A stretch of 59,990 bases of DNA, counting the filler, from Dugesia japonica (Eukaryota): the NCBI GenBank assembly GCA_001938525.1. It is 5 parts of 5 records of this genome, joined end to end, with 100 filler letters (N's around TTAATTAATTAA, not from the genome) between each part and the next. Parts side by side here need not be neighbours in the genome. Positions count along the whole stretch, not along the records: positions 10,023 to 25,122 come from MQRL01633677.1; 4 more parts are not named here. The stretch is one strand, 5' to 3'. Of the stretch, positions 10,931-23,974 are shown piece by piece (position 1 is the stretch's first letter; each line of letters begins with the position of its first letter). Under the pieces are notes generated by a model. It saw only the letters and a program-made list of their open reading frames with translations. It was not told the origin of the DNA and made no database searches. The position numbers were made by a program, and so were the translations under genes.

Positions 10931-11508
10931 CATTACAAAGAAACAAACACTGAAACTACAACTTGATATCAGTTGAATATCTATGAAATTTTCGTGATTT
11001 TATTTAAAAATTTGGCCATAAAAATTATAATTGCGTCTAAAGAAAAAAAAATGATAATATTCAAAAAAAAAATTTTCTTTTATAGAATTTTACTAATATC
11101 AATTTTATTATTTTAATTATTTTTTACATGAATAATTATTATAATTTATTCGTTCGATTAAAAGTTAACATCAAACCGGAAAATTTACTTGATTTTTCCA
11201 TAATTTTTAAAGTGGCTTTTAAAAAATTGTTAAGAAAAATTTTCTTTTCACTATAGTAAAAGTTTTTCGAAAATATTTTTATTAAAATGATTTGTAAAAA
11301 AATATTTAATGAAAAAAAAGACACATAAATTTTCAATTGTTTGAAAAACTTTTTTAAAGGCTTTTTTATTTTTTAATTTATATTTTGTTTTTGTAATATT
11401 TTTATATCGTTTGAATATTAATTTATTTATTTTAAATTTAAATTTATTTAAAATTTTTTTTATTTAAATTTATTTAAATTTTATTTAAATATTAATATAA
11501 ATCGAGAG

Positions 11509-11663
11509 TTCATTAAAATAAAAGCTTCGATCAAAAAAATATTTTTTTTGTTTATGATAATAATTCTAATTTTCGACTTTGTCTTCGTCATGAATGGACT
11601 TTTTGAAATGAATTCTGAAAAACGATCAAGGGTTACGTCCAACAATTATTCTCGCAATAATTG
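11509..11663 (+). mobile_element. Short Penelope-type fold-back element with hammerhead-like motif, copy 1
   Basis: Inverted arm TTCATTAAAATAAAAGCTTCGATC...TTTCGACTTTGTCTTCGTCATGAATGGAC, then the tail GAATTCTGAAAAACGATCAAGGGTTACGTCCAACAATTATTCTCGCAATAATTG, as in the other copies. Confidence 0.7.
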
Positions 11664-13080
11664 NNNNNNNNNNNNNNNNNNNNNNNNNNNNNNNNNNNNN
11701 NNNNNNNNNNNNNNNNNNNNNNNNNNNNNNNNNNNNNNNNNNNNNNNNNNNNNNNNNNNNNNNNNNNNNNNNNNNNATTCCTGCATATTGTGATCACAAC
11801 TCCTTCACAAATTTACAATTGATAATTCCATTCAAAAAGAAAAACGTTTTAATTGACATAAATAACCATTTGACACTACATTTTTTACTATCGAAATCGA
11901 ATGAAATACAGCAACATTCTAGTAGAAACAGAAAAGGAGCTTAGGACAACATGGCAAAACTCTTTGCACACATTCATTGTAGGTAGTGCCGGATCCCGGT
12001 TCAAAGAACAACTCTTCAATCCTTAAGTTTCAAAAACACTAAGGTAGACCGAATATCCTATGAATGGGGTTTTTCTACAATTAAGAATTCGTACAGAATC
12101 TTAAAGAACTTTGATTGAATATGAAAAGAAAAATGAAAAATATATTGAAGTAAAAAGAAAGGAAATAGAAGAAATAGTTAATAAAATAAAACTTATAGAC
12201 TGTAGACAACAACTGAACGACGGAGTCAATGTGAGGTCACTAAGGACCTGTTCAACTGTGCTGTGTTGTTTTAATAAAGGCTTGATTTGGAAAAAAAAAT
12301 TTTTAATATAAGAAGTAAAAACAAATAGAACATTGCTGAAGAAGAGAATAACTAGATTGGTGATCATCTCATAAAATAGATTCTGCGAGAATAGATTGTC
12401 AAATAAAAAGAAAGATTTGGTGCTGGACGTGACACATAAATCCGAACATAAACAGATTTTGTTCAAATAAGAGTGCGACAAAATGTTTTACTTGTAGAAG
12501 AAATGGAAAAGAGATGCAACAGAAATTATCATCGAGCCGAAGAATGTTATACAAAGTTAAACAATAAAAATAAGATTTTAGACTTGATCATTGATATCAA
12601 GAATTCTTATTAAAATTTTATAAAAAATAAAGAAAATTTTTCCTTTTATATATTTTTCTATGTTTTGCATTGAAAACTTTTTAATGAAAAATTATAAAAT
12701 TTTAAATTTTTTCAACGTTTTTCTTCCATATTTATTGACAAATAATTTTAAATTAAAATTAAATCAATCAAAAAAATTATATTTCTAAAAATATTTATTG
12801 ATTTGGCAATCTTTTTGTCTAATGATTTTGTCTAAAAATGACTTTCGAAAATTTTAAAATAAAATCAATTTTTCAAAACAGAAATCTATTTAATTAGTTA
12901 AATTGATTTTATATTTAAAAAATGCGATGTGAAAAAAAGACTGTAGGAAAGTAAATTAAATAAATCTTTATTAAAATGATTAATTACAAATAAATCATGT
13001 AAATGTAAAATAAAATTGAAAATTAACATTTAAAAAAATTCGTTTTATATAATGTTAAACTGTATTTTTTTTTTAATATA

Positions 13081-14633
13081 GAGATAAACCTCGATATAAC
13101 GTACATATCGGTGCAATATCGAGGTTTTGGATATTTTTTTTATATAGCGAGTACGTAATAACTAGTCAATATGATCTAATCATGATTAATATAATTAACA
13201 CATTAAAAGCACATTACCAATGAATAAAAACACTCTGAGATAACAAATTTTATTTTTAAAAAAAATTCTTTTATTGAAGTTTGTTTTCTTGTTGGTTTCA
13301 ATGAATTTTGAAATCTGCTTTGAAGGGATAGAAATAAATTTGTTGATATTTCTAGATGCTGTTTTGGTGAAAACATTAAGAATCTATGAATAGTATCCAA
13401 TGCTTCATTCAACTGGCCAACTGTTGGACAAATAGTTTTTTGAGAAATGTGCATATCTTCGTTTTCTTTTCCATATTCAGATGACAAATTATTGTTTTCT
13501 GTAACCACTGAAATTATTTCTTTAACTGTTAATTTTTCAGTAGTCTCTTTACTAGAGTTAAAATCAATCAAGTATTGTACAAGTACTTGATATTCGATGG
13601 GAAGATATTGCATATTCTCAATGATTTTAGAAACATCGCTTTCCAAAAGCGATGGTGAAGGATGAGTTTCAGTACGATCAACAGACTGAATAATTTTGGT
13701 ATGCTTCCAACCGTTATAAATGCATTCTGAAGTTTCTTCATTCTATGAAGCTCGTATTATTACAAATGTTTCAGAAAAATTGATACTTTTAAGTTTAAGG
13801 AATTTTCAATTTCAATAAAATTTGGTTTTCTATCACGTTTTCTGTCATTTATATAGGTTAATTTATGAACAGTTTTTGATAATCTACAAATATCAGCNAN
13901 ATATCTAGAAAAGATAGTTTTTTTTAGATTCCTTACTGAAAAATTCGGCGACATTTTCATAAAACTGGGTTTAGATGATTCTTCTTATATTTAATAATCT
14001 TCATTTTTTCGAATCGGAACAATGTTTTTTTCTTTGATTTTTTAACATATTGAAAATAGATTTTGAAAATTATATTTTTTGGTTATTTTTATTATTTAAA
14101 CAAAAATATTAAAGCANNNNNNNNNNNNNNNNNNNNNNNNNNNNNNNNNNNNNNNNNNNNNNNNNNTATCACGTTTTCTGTCATTTATATAGGTTAATTT
14201 ATGAACAGTTTTTGATAATCTACAAATATCAGCGACATATCTAGAAAAGATAGTTTTTTTTAGATTCCTTACTGAAAAATTCGGCGACATTTTCATAAAA
14301 CTGGGTTTAGATGATTCTTCTTATATTTAATAATCTTCATTTTTTCGAATCGGAACAATGTTTTTTTCTTTGATTTTTTAACATATTGAAAATAGATTTT
14401 GAAAATTATATTTTTTGGTTATTTTTATTATTTAAACAAAAATATTAAAGCATTTTTTTAAATAAATTTTAAAAATTCTCCGGAACAACATAAATTTTAT
14501 CGAGGTATGCGTAATATCGAGGGATTTCCGATTTTAATATGGAAAATAATTTGTACCGTACAGACCACAGGTAAAACGTGCGTTATATCAAGGAATACGT
14601 CTAATCGAGTGAGATAATATTGAGGTTTGCCTG
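13081..14633 (-). mobile_element. Tigger/pogo-like DNA transposon, internally deleted
   Basis: TA-flanked imperfect TIRs GAGATAAACCTCGATATAAC / GATAATATTGAGGTTTGCCTG. ORF 13203-13646 ends EALDTIHRFL...KQTSIKEFF, typical of a Tigger C-terminus. Confidence 0.75.
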
Positions 14634-15750
14634 TATTTAATAAATTTTTATTTTTAAGAAATTTTAAAGGTTAGTTGTCAATTTTATACAAAAATCCATT
14701 CGGACTGTATCTGTTTATCTGAGTTATGATACATTCATATTCGATAACTTTTCGGTTTCATATTACTATGTCTATTGAATAATGCTATAAGAAGTTTAAA
14801 ATAAAACTAAGTTTGTTAAAACATTTTACCCTTATTTCAAGTTATATATTCATTATATTTATTAGCAGTCATAAAATCGTAAATTGTTTAGATATCTTTT
14901 TTAACAAAAAATAGCATTTAACATTTTGCACTATAGGCAATTTATAGGTAAAATTTGCGGTCTACCTCAAATCCATCATCAATATCTCATACTAGTGAAC
15001 ACATACACACAAACATATTTTTAGTCAAATTTCGTATTTTGACAATATACTTTACAGATAAATATGCATCCACACTTTCCACACACACATACATAATATC
15101 ACTTCGCATTAATGTCACAATACCTATAAAAATTTGAAAAAAAAATTTCAAAATAGAGCAAAACTTAAAATTTACAGAAATTTCCGTCAATAATTAAATC
15201 ATAAAAATAAAAAATAAATTTGTAAAAACAAACCCTTCTAAATCCGTTTTTGAAAATTTCACACACCAAAATAATTCATACTACCTTTTTTTCTCAACCC
15301 AACCATTCTATTTCTTAAAAAAATAATTTCATCAAAATATACTGCTTACTATCTTTTAAACTTTATCCATTAAATCAATAAGCCAACAAACAACCTCAAA
15401 ACTAATACCATCACATAAGTCAACATTTAACCTTTCCAACAATATCAAATTCATCTAAATCGGACAACTACTCACAACACCAAAACGATTTAAGAAAAAA
15501 TGCACGATAACCCATTGCCTGATCTCATGCTCTCACATCTACCTACTTGTATTTAAAAATTCTGTAGGACAATGTAATGCATCATTTACGTTGTCAGTGA
15601 TAATTGAATCAGCACTCTGATAATATTTTGGAGTACCAGAAATCATTTCGATGATTGTATTATTCATTTTTATTNTATGTACATTACTCTTTTTGAAATA
15701 TCATCTTCTGTCAGTCGATTGTAGTTGTTAAAAATTGATGTAAAAATGTT

Positions 15751-15938
15751 CATTTAAAATAAAAGCTTAGATCAAAATTTTTGTTTTTTTATTTATATTT
15801 GATAACAATTCGATTTTTCGACTTTGTCTTCTTCAGGAATTGACAGGAAAAAAAATTTGATCGAAGATTTTATTTTAAATGAATTCTGTAAAACGATCAA
15901 TGGTTATGTCCAACAATTATTCTCGCAATAATTCCAAT
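15751..15938 (+). mobile_element. Short Penelope-type fold-back element, copy 2, with target-site duplication
   Basis: Same arm and tail structure. TGTAAAAATGTT is duplicated at 15739-15750 and 15939-15950. Confidence 0.8.
15806..15842 (-). ncRNA. Minimal type I hammerhead ribozyme motif (intact core)
   Basis: Minus strand CAAUUC-CUGAAGA-A-GAC(AAA)GUC-GAAA-AA-UC-GAAUUG: 6-bp stem I, 3-bp stem II, canonical CUGANGA/GAAA core, AUC cleavage triplet, vestigial stem III. Confidence 0.7.
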
Positions 15939-17089
15939 TGTAAAAATGTTATCAATATTTATCATTTTTTGTGGTATTTCTATAATATCTTCCAAAATAC
16001 CAGGAATTGCAGGTAAATTACCTACCCCAACTTTTAATAACCAATTATTATAAATAGTTTGAGTATTGATTAGCATATTAGTTGATAGCTTTATAGTTTT
16101 AAAACTTTTCCACAGTGGACTTTTTTAATAAACTTTTCTAAAATTTCAGTTCGCTGTTCTCTTATTACAACTGCAGTGTTAGGCAAAAATATTCTCCAAT
16201 AACAATAACTTTATTTCAAAATGGTTAGTCAACACTTGTTATTTCTCGACAAAATTTATAAATACACCGCAATTCATTTCTCTTTGTTCTGGTGTTTGTT
16301 GCTGACGTGATTTTCTTCGAAATTCTGTATTCAGTGATTGTTGAAGTTCTAATCATTCCTGACTCATTCTTTCAACATACTGTCACTGTTATGTTAAATG
16401 TTCATTGAGATGCACAGCTCTTTCATTTTCTGTTTCTTGATTTCTTCTACAAAGCGATGAAGCGGAAATTTTTGTAAACGTATCATGACTCTGTCTTGCC
16501 ATTCACCTGGCCGGTTGAACCCTAGCTAAATGAAGTCTTCTTTCAATTTCAGGGGATCTTTGATTTTTTGCTTGAATAAATAAAAAATTATGGATTTAAA
16601 AAAATGACAAATAATTAAAATTACAACTTACTGAATTGATCTATTTATCTATTTTTCTTCAAAGAAAATTAAATATGTACTTTATTTTAACTTTATTATG
16701 TGAATAATAACTAAAACATTTGAAAAAATAGTTAGAAATACTAAAGTTTGAAATAAACAATACAATAATTCGACAAAACATACATCTTCAAAAAATCGAT
16801 TTAGTTTTAATAAAAAGTTTTAATTCATAAAGTCTAACTTAGTTAAAATTTGTGAATTTTCATATGATTACGACAATTTTCAAGTGTATGCTAATTATTT
16901 TGATAATCTAGGTTCATTGTGTTCTATAATTACTAATCAGATGCATTTAGACTTATTAATCTATCGACAAATAATGAAAATAGATTTTGGATAATAAACA
17001 ATTTATGTCACATTTAAATAATTTTAAAATGGAAATATTTATATAACATTTGTGGATAATAATTTAATCAAAAAATGAGAATCTTTTAC

Positions 17090-17314
17090 TTCATTAAAAT
17101 AAAAGCTTCGATCAAAATTTGTTTTTTTGGTTTTTGATAATAATTCTATATTTCGACTTTGTCTTCGACAGGAATTGACGAAGACCAAGTCGAAATATAG
17201 AATTATTATCAAAAACCAAAAAAACAAATTTTGATTGAAGCTTTTATTTTAATGAATTCNGAAAAACGATCAATGGTTACGTCCAAAAATTATTCTCGCA
17301 ATAATTGCAATTGT
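17090..17314 (+). mobile_element. Short Penelope-type fold-back element, copy 3 (78-bp inverted arms + tail)
   Basis: Near-perfect inverted repeat 17090-17167 / 17179-17256, then a ~58-nt tail. Flanked by AGAATCTTTTACTT (17078-17091) and AGAACTTTTTACTT (17315-17328). Confidence 0.8.
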
Positions 17315-17399
17315 AGAACTTTTTACTTATCAAGAAAATAAACATTAATTGATAGATACAAATTTTAGTAGCTCGAATTGTTGATCTGGTTGTTGAACT

Positions 17400-20300
17400 G
17401 GCCTTTAATTTAGTTAATGATCCGACGGTTACTCTAGTTAGTTGTTCTATAGATGTTGTTGAGGAAATAGGCGATTTTATTGTATTTGAATATGTAGGAT
17501 ATGTCTTTTGATAATAAAATATATGATAAATACGATGTTTTGAAATGTTTTTTGAAAGAAGAAGTCCAAGTTGGTGGTTCTCTTTATGTTTATCTTGTTG
17601 ATCCGGTTATTGAGTCAGATTTTTATAGGTGTCATGAAATTCTTAAGCTTGGTGTTTCACACTTGAATATGAGATAGATTGTATTGCCTAATACCTTGGT
17701 AGAGAAATTTTATAATATAATTAATGAGATAAAACAGGCTAAGATTCAGTTTGGACTTCATGTGGCATTTATTAGAGATCATGAGGTTAAGACTTGTTGA
17801 AGTTTGATCGAGCTTTTCCATTGAAAGAGTTCTTTGAGAAAGGTATAATGTCTTAGAATGAGAAAATTGTTGTAAGGTCCAAATTAGGTAGTAGTTTGAT
17901 CTTGAGCAGGTTATTAGAAATTGATTTTAAGTTGACTAAAGTTAGTTATAGGTTATAGTTAGTTAATAGGTTGCCAGGAAATAATCATATATTAACACTG
18001 AAAACTTATAAAAGAAAAATTCAATCGTTAACTTTAAGAACAGTGATACTTTATGTTTTCTGTATATTATTCTTGCTGTACTTAAATGTGATAAAATTAA
18101 CAAAACACATAGTTATCGAGCGTCTGAATATAAGGAATTCTTAAAGAAACTGGTGTTTGATGAAACTGACATGTTGATGAAGTTTGTAAATATTCCAAAG
18201 TTTGTGAAAAATAATCCAAATCATTCCATAAATTTATTTTCTTAGAATCCAATTAATATTTGTGACAATGACGATGGTATCATTATGAAATATCCAGGTC
18301 TTGATATTATTCATTGGAGTAGGGTTGAAAGTAGTCAAAAAATAAATGTTTTGTTGCTTGAAGATGGAAAAAAATAACATTACACAGCAGTAATGAATTT
18401 GAACCGACTGATGAATCGGGATAAAAAAATGAAAGTGTGCATATTAGATCAATCTTGAGCGAAAATTGCTTGAATGGTTTTAGGAACGATATTTCTTTAG
18501 AGACACATATTCCTCTTTGCAGTAAAATCCAAACAGGTACAAATTTATACACTGATACAATTCAGTTATTGATTAACATGTACATTTAATTTGATGGTAG
18601 TATAAGATATGGTCTTACCTTTGTTTACAAGCATCATGTGTTATCTGATGAAAATATTGATCCAAGTTTACAGATTTCTCAAAGACTATTACACCATTCT
18701 TGGTTATTGACGCCGACTTTGAATCTATTCTTGAGAAGGATGAAAAATGTCTTCATAAACACTTGCCTATTTCTGCAGGACTTATATTGGTTAATAATAT
18801 TAGTAGCAAATTTAAGTATAAATAATTTGTAGATTTAAATTTTGTGTTTGATTATTTGAGTAGGAAATAAGTAAGACCGTTACTAATTACTATAAGAATG
18901 AAAATAAGGAAATTGTAATTTCTTCTACTCAAGAAGTTGAATTTAGACTTTTGCAACATGTTATTTGTTTAAAAAAGAAAACAATAAACCGGTTTATGAT
19001 CATGATTACTTTACTGATAAATAAATGATAAATAAAAGAACACAAGTTTGATTTAGACTAAAAATTGTTAATTATTAAAAATGTGCAAATGTGATTTTTA
19101 TAAAAAAAATACAATTAAATTCGATAGTGTGTAATTTTAGGGTTGCTCCAAGCGTTACCGTTTCTATATATTTTAATAAAAGAAAACCTATATTACATTA
19201 CCGTTCTCAAAGATATCTAATGGCGGGCCTAAGGCCCCTCACCACGTGTAAACAAGATGTAAAATGATTTAAACGTAAGACTTTATATCAATTACAACAA
19301 ATAATTTAGTAACTGATTACAGTTTATTAATTTACTTAGATTAAAATTACAAATCCATTAACGATAACACAATAAGAAACTATTGGATTATCGCAATTAA
19401 TGAGTGTTCTACAACAACTAAATCAATATTATTATTTGTAGTCGCTAGAAGAGATTTATTTAAAAAAAACTACGATTTATCAATAAATAAAACTATTGTA
19501 AATAATTAGCCGATAAATTTATAAATATGATACCCAAAACTGGTAATAAAGTAAATATGTTGAAATAAATAAAATATTAGAAAAAAATTATGCGAATTAA
19601 ATTGTCTCAATTGAAATTTAGCTTAAATATTTAATAGACCTATTGTTGGTTGAATGCAACTAAAAATTTGTAGGCATTTATACGAATACCTAAAGTATAA
19701 CCTTGAAATTATTAATTTTAAGCAAATATATTTAACCTGAAAATAGCAATTTAGAATTACTATTTTTAGTAACCTTATATATTTAAATAAATTAAAATAA
19801 ATGTTTTTTTGTTTCTAATTAAAGTATAATTATTATTCATTAAACTCTGAATTTATTTAAACAAATATTTATCGTAATTAAACTTAATCTAACTTAAATA
19901 TTAAATTAAATTTGACCTTATTTTATTTAAACAGATTTATGGACAAAACTTAATGAATTTTATCTTTACAATCCTTACAGGTGATAGGATTGTTAAATTT
20001 TAGTGAATTTTTCTGTTTGCAGATATTAGAGGAAACAGATGAAATGTCTCCTGATGAAATTACAGATCAAACTTATAATAAAGCTCTTGAAATATGGGAA
20101 ATTATTGGATGTAACAGCCTACTTGACTACATTTAAAGCTTGGTGTATTTCTTTTGTGTTATTTCTATCAGAAATTTAGACAAAAATCTATGGCTCACTA
20201 TAGACTTAAACCACTTGCTCTTTTTGGAATTCCTGGAATGCTTGTTGACTTTAACTGATCCAATTCAGTTATTTGCTAACAGTTACATGTACACTTAATT

Positions 20301-21967
20301 TAAGGGTGGTACAAAAGATGGTCTTATTTTTGTTAACAAGCATCATGCGGAATCTGATGAAAATACTGACTTTTTATACATGGATATATATAATTTGTAT
20401 GTTTGGGCTTTAAGACAAAAGATCCAGTATGGTGATTTTGAGTGGGTTTAACGTCAAATTAAATGATTGCTTGAATGGAAACTAGGATTCATATTATGGT
20501 TATTCTTTCTAGGTTGATATAGAAATTCCTAATGAATTTCAGGATTATTTTTCGGATTTCCTGTTGCTACTGAACGCCAAAGTCCTTCTGGATTTAAGTT
20601 GGAAAAGTTGTGTCTAATACATTATCCAAAGAATAATTATGTTGTTTATTAGAGATTATTACAAATGTACTTATAATTAGCTGTTAAAATTAATAAAGTT
20701 CATAGAGCTTTTAAGTTTATTCAGGACAAAATCTTTAAGAATTATATTGATGATAATATTCAATTAAGAACACAAAGTAATTCCGATCTTGATAAAAATT
20801 ATTATAAGCTCTTAAATAAAAGTTGTTAAATGTGTTTGGAGTACTTATCAAATATTCGTATTCAAAACTAGATTCCATAAAGATTTGTTCACAAAACCAA
20901 ACTATATCCATCACTATTTGTTTATTAAAAACAAATTAAACCTCTGTTTCAATTGGAAATAATTTTTCAATTTATTAAATTTTAAATAACATTTTTATCT
21001 TATTATTTAAGTTTTCAATTAAAATATTTGTGAGAGTTTATTCTTAATTTTTGTACAAAGAATTNNNNNNNNNNNNNNNNNNNNNNNNNNNNNNNNNNNN
21101 NNNNNNNNNNNNNNNNNNNNNNNNNNNNNNNNNNNNNNNNNNNNNNNNNNNNNNNNNNNNNNNNNNNNNNNNNNNNNNNNNNNNNNNTATTCTTTATGGA
21201 AAATCTGTAGAAAATCTTAAGAAACTTATGAATCTTGTACTGTAAATCGGATAAAAACCTGGTAACTTATACATCGAAACCTAGGTTTAGGAAATCCATT
21301 AAGATAACAATGACTTGATTGATGTCTTACTTCATGAGGAATTGGTTTGTTTGGATAGACTTAATTATATTGATTAAAAATTTCTTGATCTTTTGAAATT
21401 GAGGATGCACTAATTAAACTTAAGAAATATAGGATGGAAGAGAATTGTAGGATAAATATTATGGCTGGTGATACTAATAGCTTCTTCCTTGAAGTTAATG
21501 ATATTAAATTAGATAAAGTATTGAGTTTGATCGTGAGAGATAATCGGCTCGACACTTCAAATTATTGCAAAACACATCATCTTTATAGTTATAAGTTGAA
21601 TTCGATTTTATGGAAGTTCAAGGATGAAAATAAAGAAAACGAGTATAAAGAAAGGGTGTTTGTGAGGCATGAGTGTTATCTCCTTCTTGGCGTAAATGAG
21701 ACCATGAAAGCTATGAATGTATCACTTAAATATACCAACATTAATCATCAGTCTTACCTTGATTATTAAAACAACAATCAAAGAGTCTCTGTGGACTAGT
21801 TTAGGATAGGTACAAAGAATCACCAAATGTACAATTTTAATGGTTCTAAAGTAGTTTTAACTAATACAGATGACAAAAGAGTATGTATAGAAAAAAATAA
21901 AAGTCTACCATACGATCATTATAATAGTTCGATCCATAATGATGATGAATCAATCAATTCAATATAA
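17400..21967 (+). mobile_element. Polinton/Maverick protein-primed DNA polymerase B, pseudogenised and interrupted
   Basis: Ordered motifs across frameshifts: KNSDTLCFLYIILA, RNCLNGF..LETHIPLC, ADFESIL (exonuclease), VYDHDYFT, YMDIYNLYVWAL (motif A), KLLNKS..YGKSVENL (motif B), AGDTNSFF (motif C), LDTSNY..KFKDE, DDKR..LPYDH. Confidence 0.85.
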
Positions 21968-22457
21968 AAGTAATGATTTTATTTGTTAATTGAAATAAAT
22001 TAATTNNNNNNNNNNNNNNNNNNNNNNNNNNNNNNNNNNNNNNNNNNNNNNNNNNTTCCAGTCAAAACAATCATATCAAACAAAACCAGATTTTATTTGA
22101 AATAAATATTAGTTTGAAAGTATTTTTGTTCTATCTTTATGTATTTTTTATTATTTTATGAAAATCCTTGTTGATATTCCTCAGAGGAGACTCCAATATT
22201 AAGTACTTGCTTTANNNNNNNNNNNNNNNNNNNNNNNNNNNNNNNNNNNNNNNNNNNNNNNNNNNNNNNNNNNNNNNNNNNNNNNNNNNNNNNNNNNNNN
22301 NNNNNNNNNNNNNNNNNNNNNNNNNNNNNNNNNNNNNNNNNNNNNNNNNNNNNNNNNNNNGAGATTGACCACTTATTTTGATTTATTTTATCAATACTAA
22401 AGTTTGATAATTTTTACCTGTATTAATAATAATCATTGAAGACATTTTTATTGAATA

Positions 22458-22538
22458 GATGATTCTGTGGTTATAATCTCGATATGAAAACTTTTACAAC
22501 TAATCAGTGGTGAGTTCGAATCCTTTGAATGACCTTTT
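22458..22538 (+). repeat. Possible degenerate tRNA-derived (SINE-head-like) sequence
   Basis: B-box-like GAGTTCGAATCC, partial end complementarity (GATGATTC / GAATGACC), followed by TTTT. I cannot fold a full cloverleaf. Confidence 0.3.
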
Positions 22539-22818
22539 AAATTATACTTTTTTTGGATTTTGCCAGTCTCCTATAAGGTTTGGAGATTTTAGGTGATGAT
22601 ATTCAGAATCATCGTAAAGTTTGTTTTCGAATGTTGCCAATTTCGTTAAATTTCGAGAAACCTTTATATTTTTTCGAAAAAAGTTACCAATATAGAAGGA
22701 CAGCATTACTATCTTCGTTAGAAAGCATTTTTCCGAGACGGTATTTTAACTTAGTTTAGTCAGTTTTTAATTCTCAGGTCAATGATACCAAGTTTAAAGC
22801 CATACGTGTTATCTACAC

Positions 22819-23108
22819 CAGTGGTTCCCAACCTTTTTTCGACTCCAAACCGGTCAGCGTTCAAAATTTTTGTCGTGGACCACTAAGATTTTTTTTGATA
22901 TTAATTTATTGACAAACTTAATTTATTCGAGGGAATTTGTAAATTTTCTAGGTTTAAAAAATGATCAAAAATATGCGTTTTTTTCAATCTCATTATAATC
23001 ACGGGAAGACAGTAGATGAATTTCTCAAAAGTATATAAATGAATTAAATTGAAATGTCCCTGTGGACTTGTGAAACTTACTCCACGGACCTGGGATTGGG
23101 GACCACAG
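22819..23108. mobile_element. hAT (Charlie/Buster-type) MITE
   Basis: TIRs CAGTGGTTCCCAACC / GATTGGGGACCACAG; 8-bp TSD ATCTACAC / ATCTATAT. Confidence 0.8.
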
Positions 23109-23974
23109 ATCTATATCGATTGAAATGAGAGCAAAAATTCAAAATTTGTGATTTTTCCAGACAAAACTTCATTTATTTCATCCTAGATACAATTTGACGA
23201 TTCTTAACAAAGTCATTCATGATCAGCAAAATATTCTCCATCAAATAGACATAGTGATTTTAAGTTTTGAGATGAAAAAGGTTTTACGAAAATTTTCTAT
23301 CCCCGTCGAATTCTGCATCAATTTTATGATTTTTTTTTAAAAATTTGGGTAATTCATTCGTATTCAAAAAAAAATTGATTTAGAAATTTAAACCAAAATG
23401 ATCCAAATTCCATTAAAAGATCAAATTTTGGATTAATTAATTAAATTAATTAAAGGATTAAATTTCTGATTGTCATTAAATATTTAATTAACATATCAAA
23501 TTTTAGATAATCTCATTAGTAGGGCAATCTTTTTAACCTTATAAAAAAGAAAAATTTGACTTTTTTTTGACCAATATTTTGACTTAATAATGAAATTTTT
23601 TGAAAAAAATTTTTGACTTTATGTTTCTTTTTTTAAACAATTATGACTGCTTAACAGTTTTAAAATTTAAGAAAATTGAGCTTTATAAATGAAAAATATA
23701 TCAAGACTTTACATTTTATTGAACATTATAACAAAATAATTTTATTACTAAATTTCAGGGACAAAGTTTCGGTCTTTTGCTAAAGGTTTATTCAACATAG
23801 AAAAACTTCTTTTGACACAAGCTGAAGTAGGCTGATTTTTCATTAAAAAAAATTTCCATTGGTGAAATTGATTTCTTTTTCATCTNCCCTATTTTCATTG
23901 TTAGGGCAATCTTTTATTTACCATGTAATAAAGAAACATTTGACTTTTTTGATCAATATTCGGACTTAATAATG

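Larger units (their letters stand above)
15552..16570 (-). mobile_element. Decayed Helitron RepHel fragment, interrupted by fold-back element copy 2
   Basis: Minus-strand motifs QKFPLH..AVHL (Rep region), IKKSPLWKSFKTIKLSTNML..WLLKVGVG..DIIEIP and YQSADSI..PTEFLN (Pif1 helicase). Confidence 0.7.

Noticed and set aside
11800-12600. Lys/Glu-rich broken frames, possibly a decayed element ORF
   Set aside because: No diagnostic motif; family cannot be assigned.
13831-14452. Apparent 286-bp tandem duplication (13831-14116 / 14167-14452)
   Set aside because: Essentially identical copies on either side of an N gap; most likely an unmerged contig overlap.
22540-22800. Possible Tc1/IS630-like N-terminal remnant interrupted by the hAT MITE
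   Set aside because: Too decayed to support.
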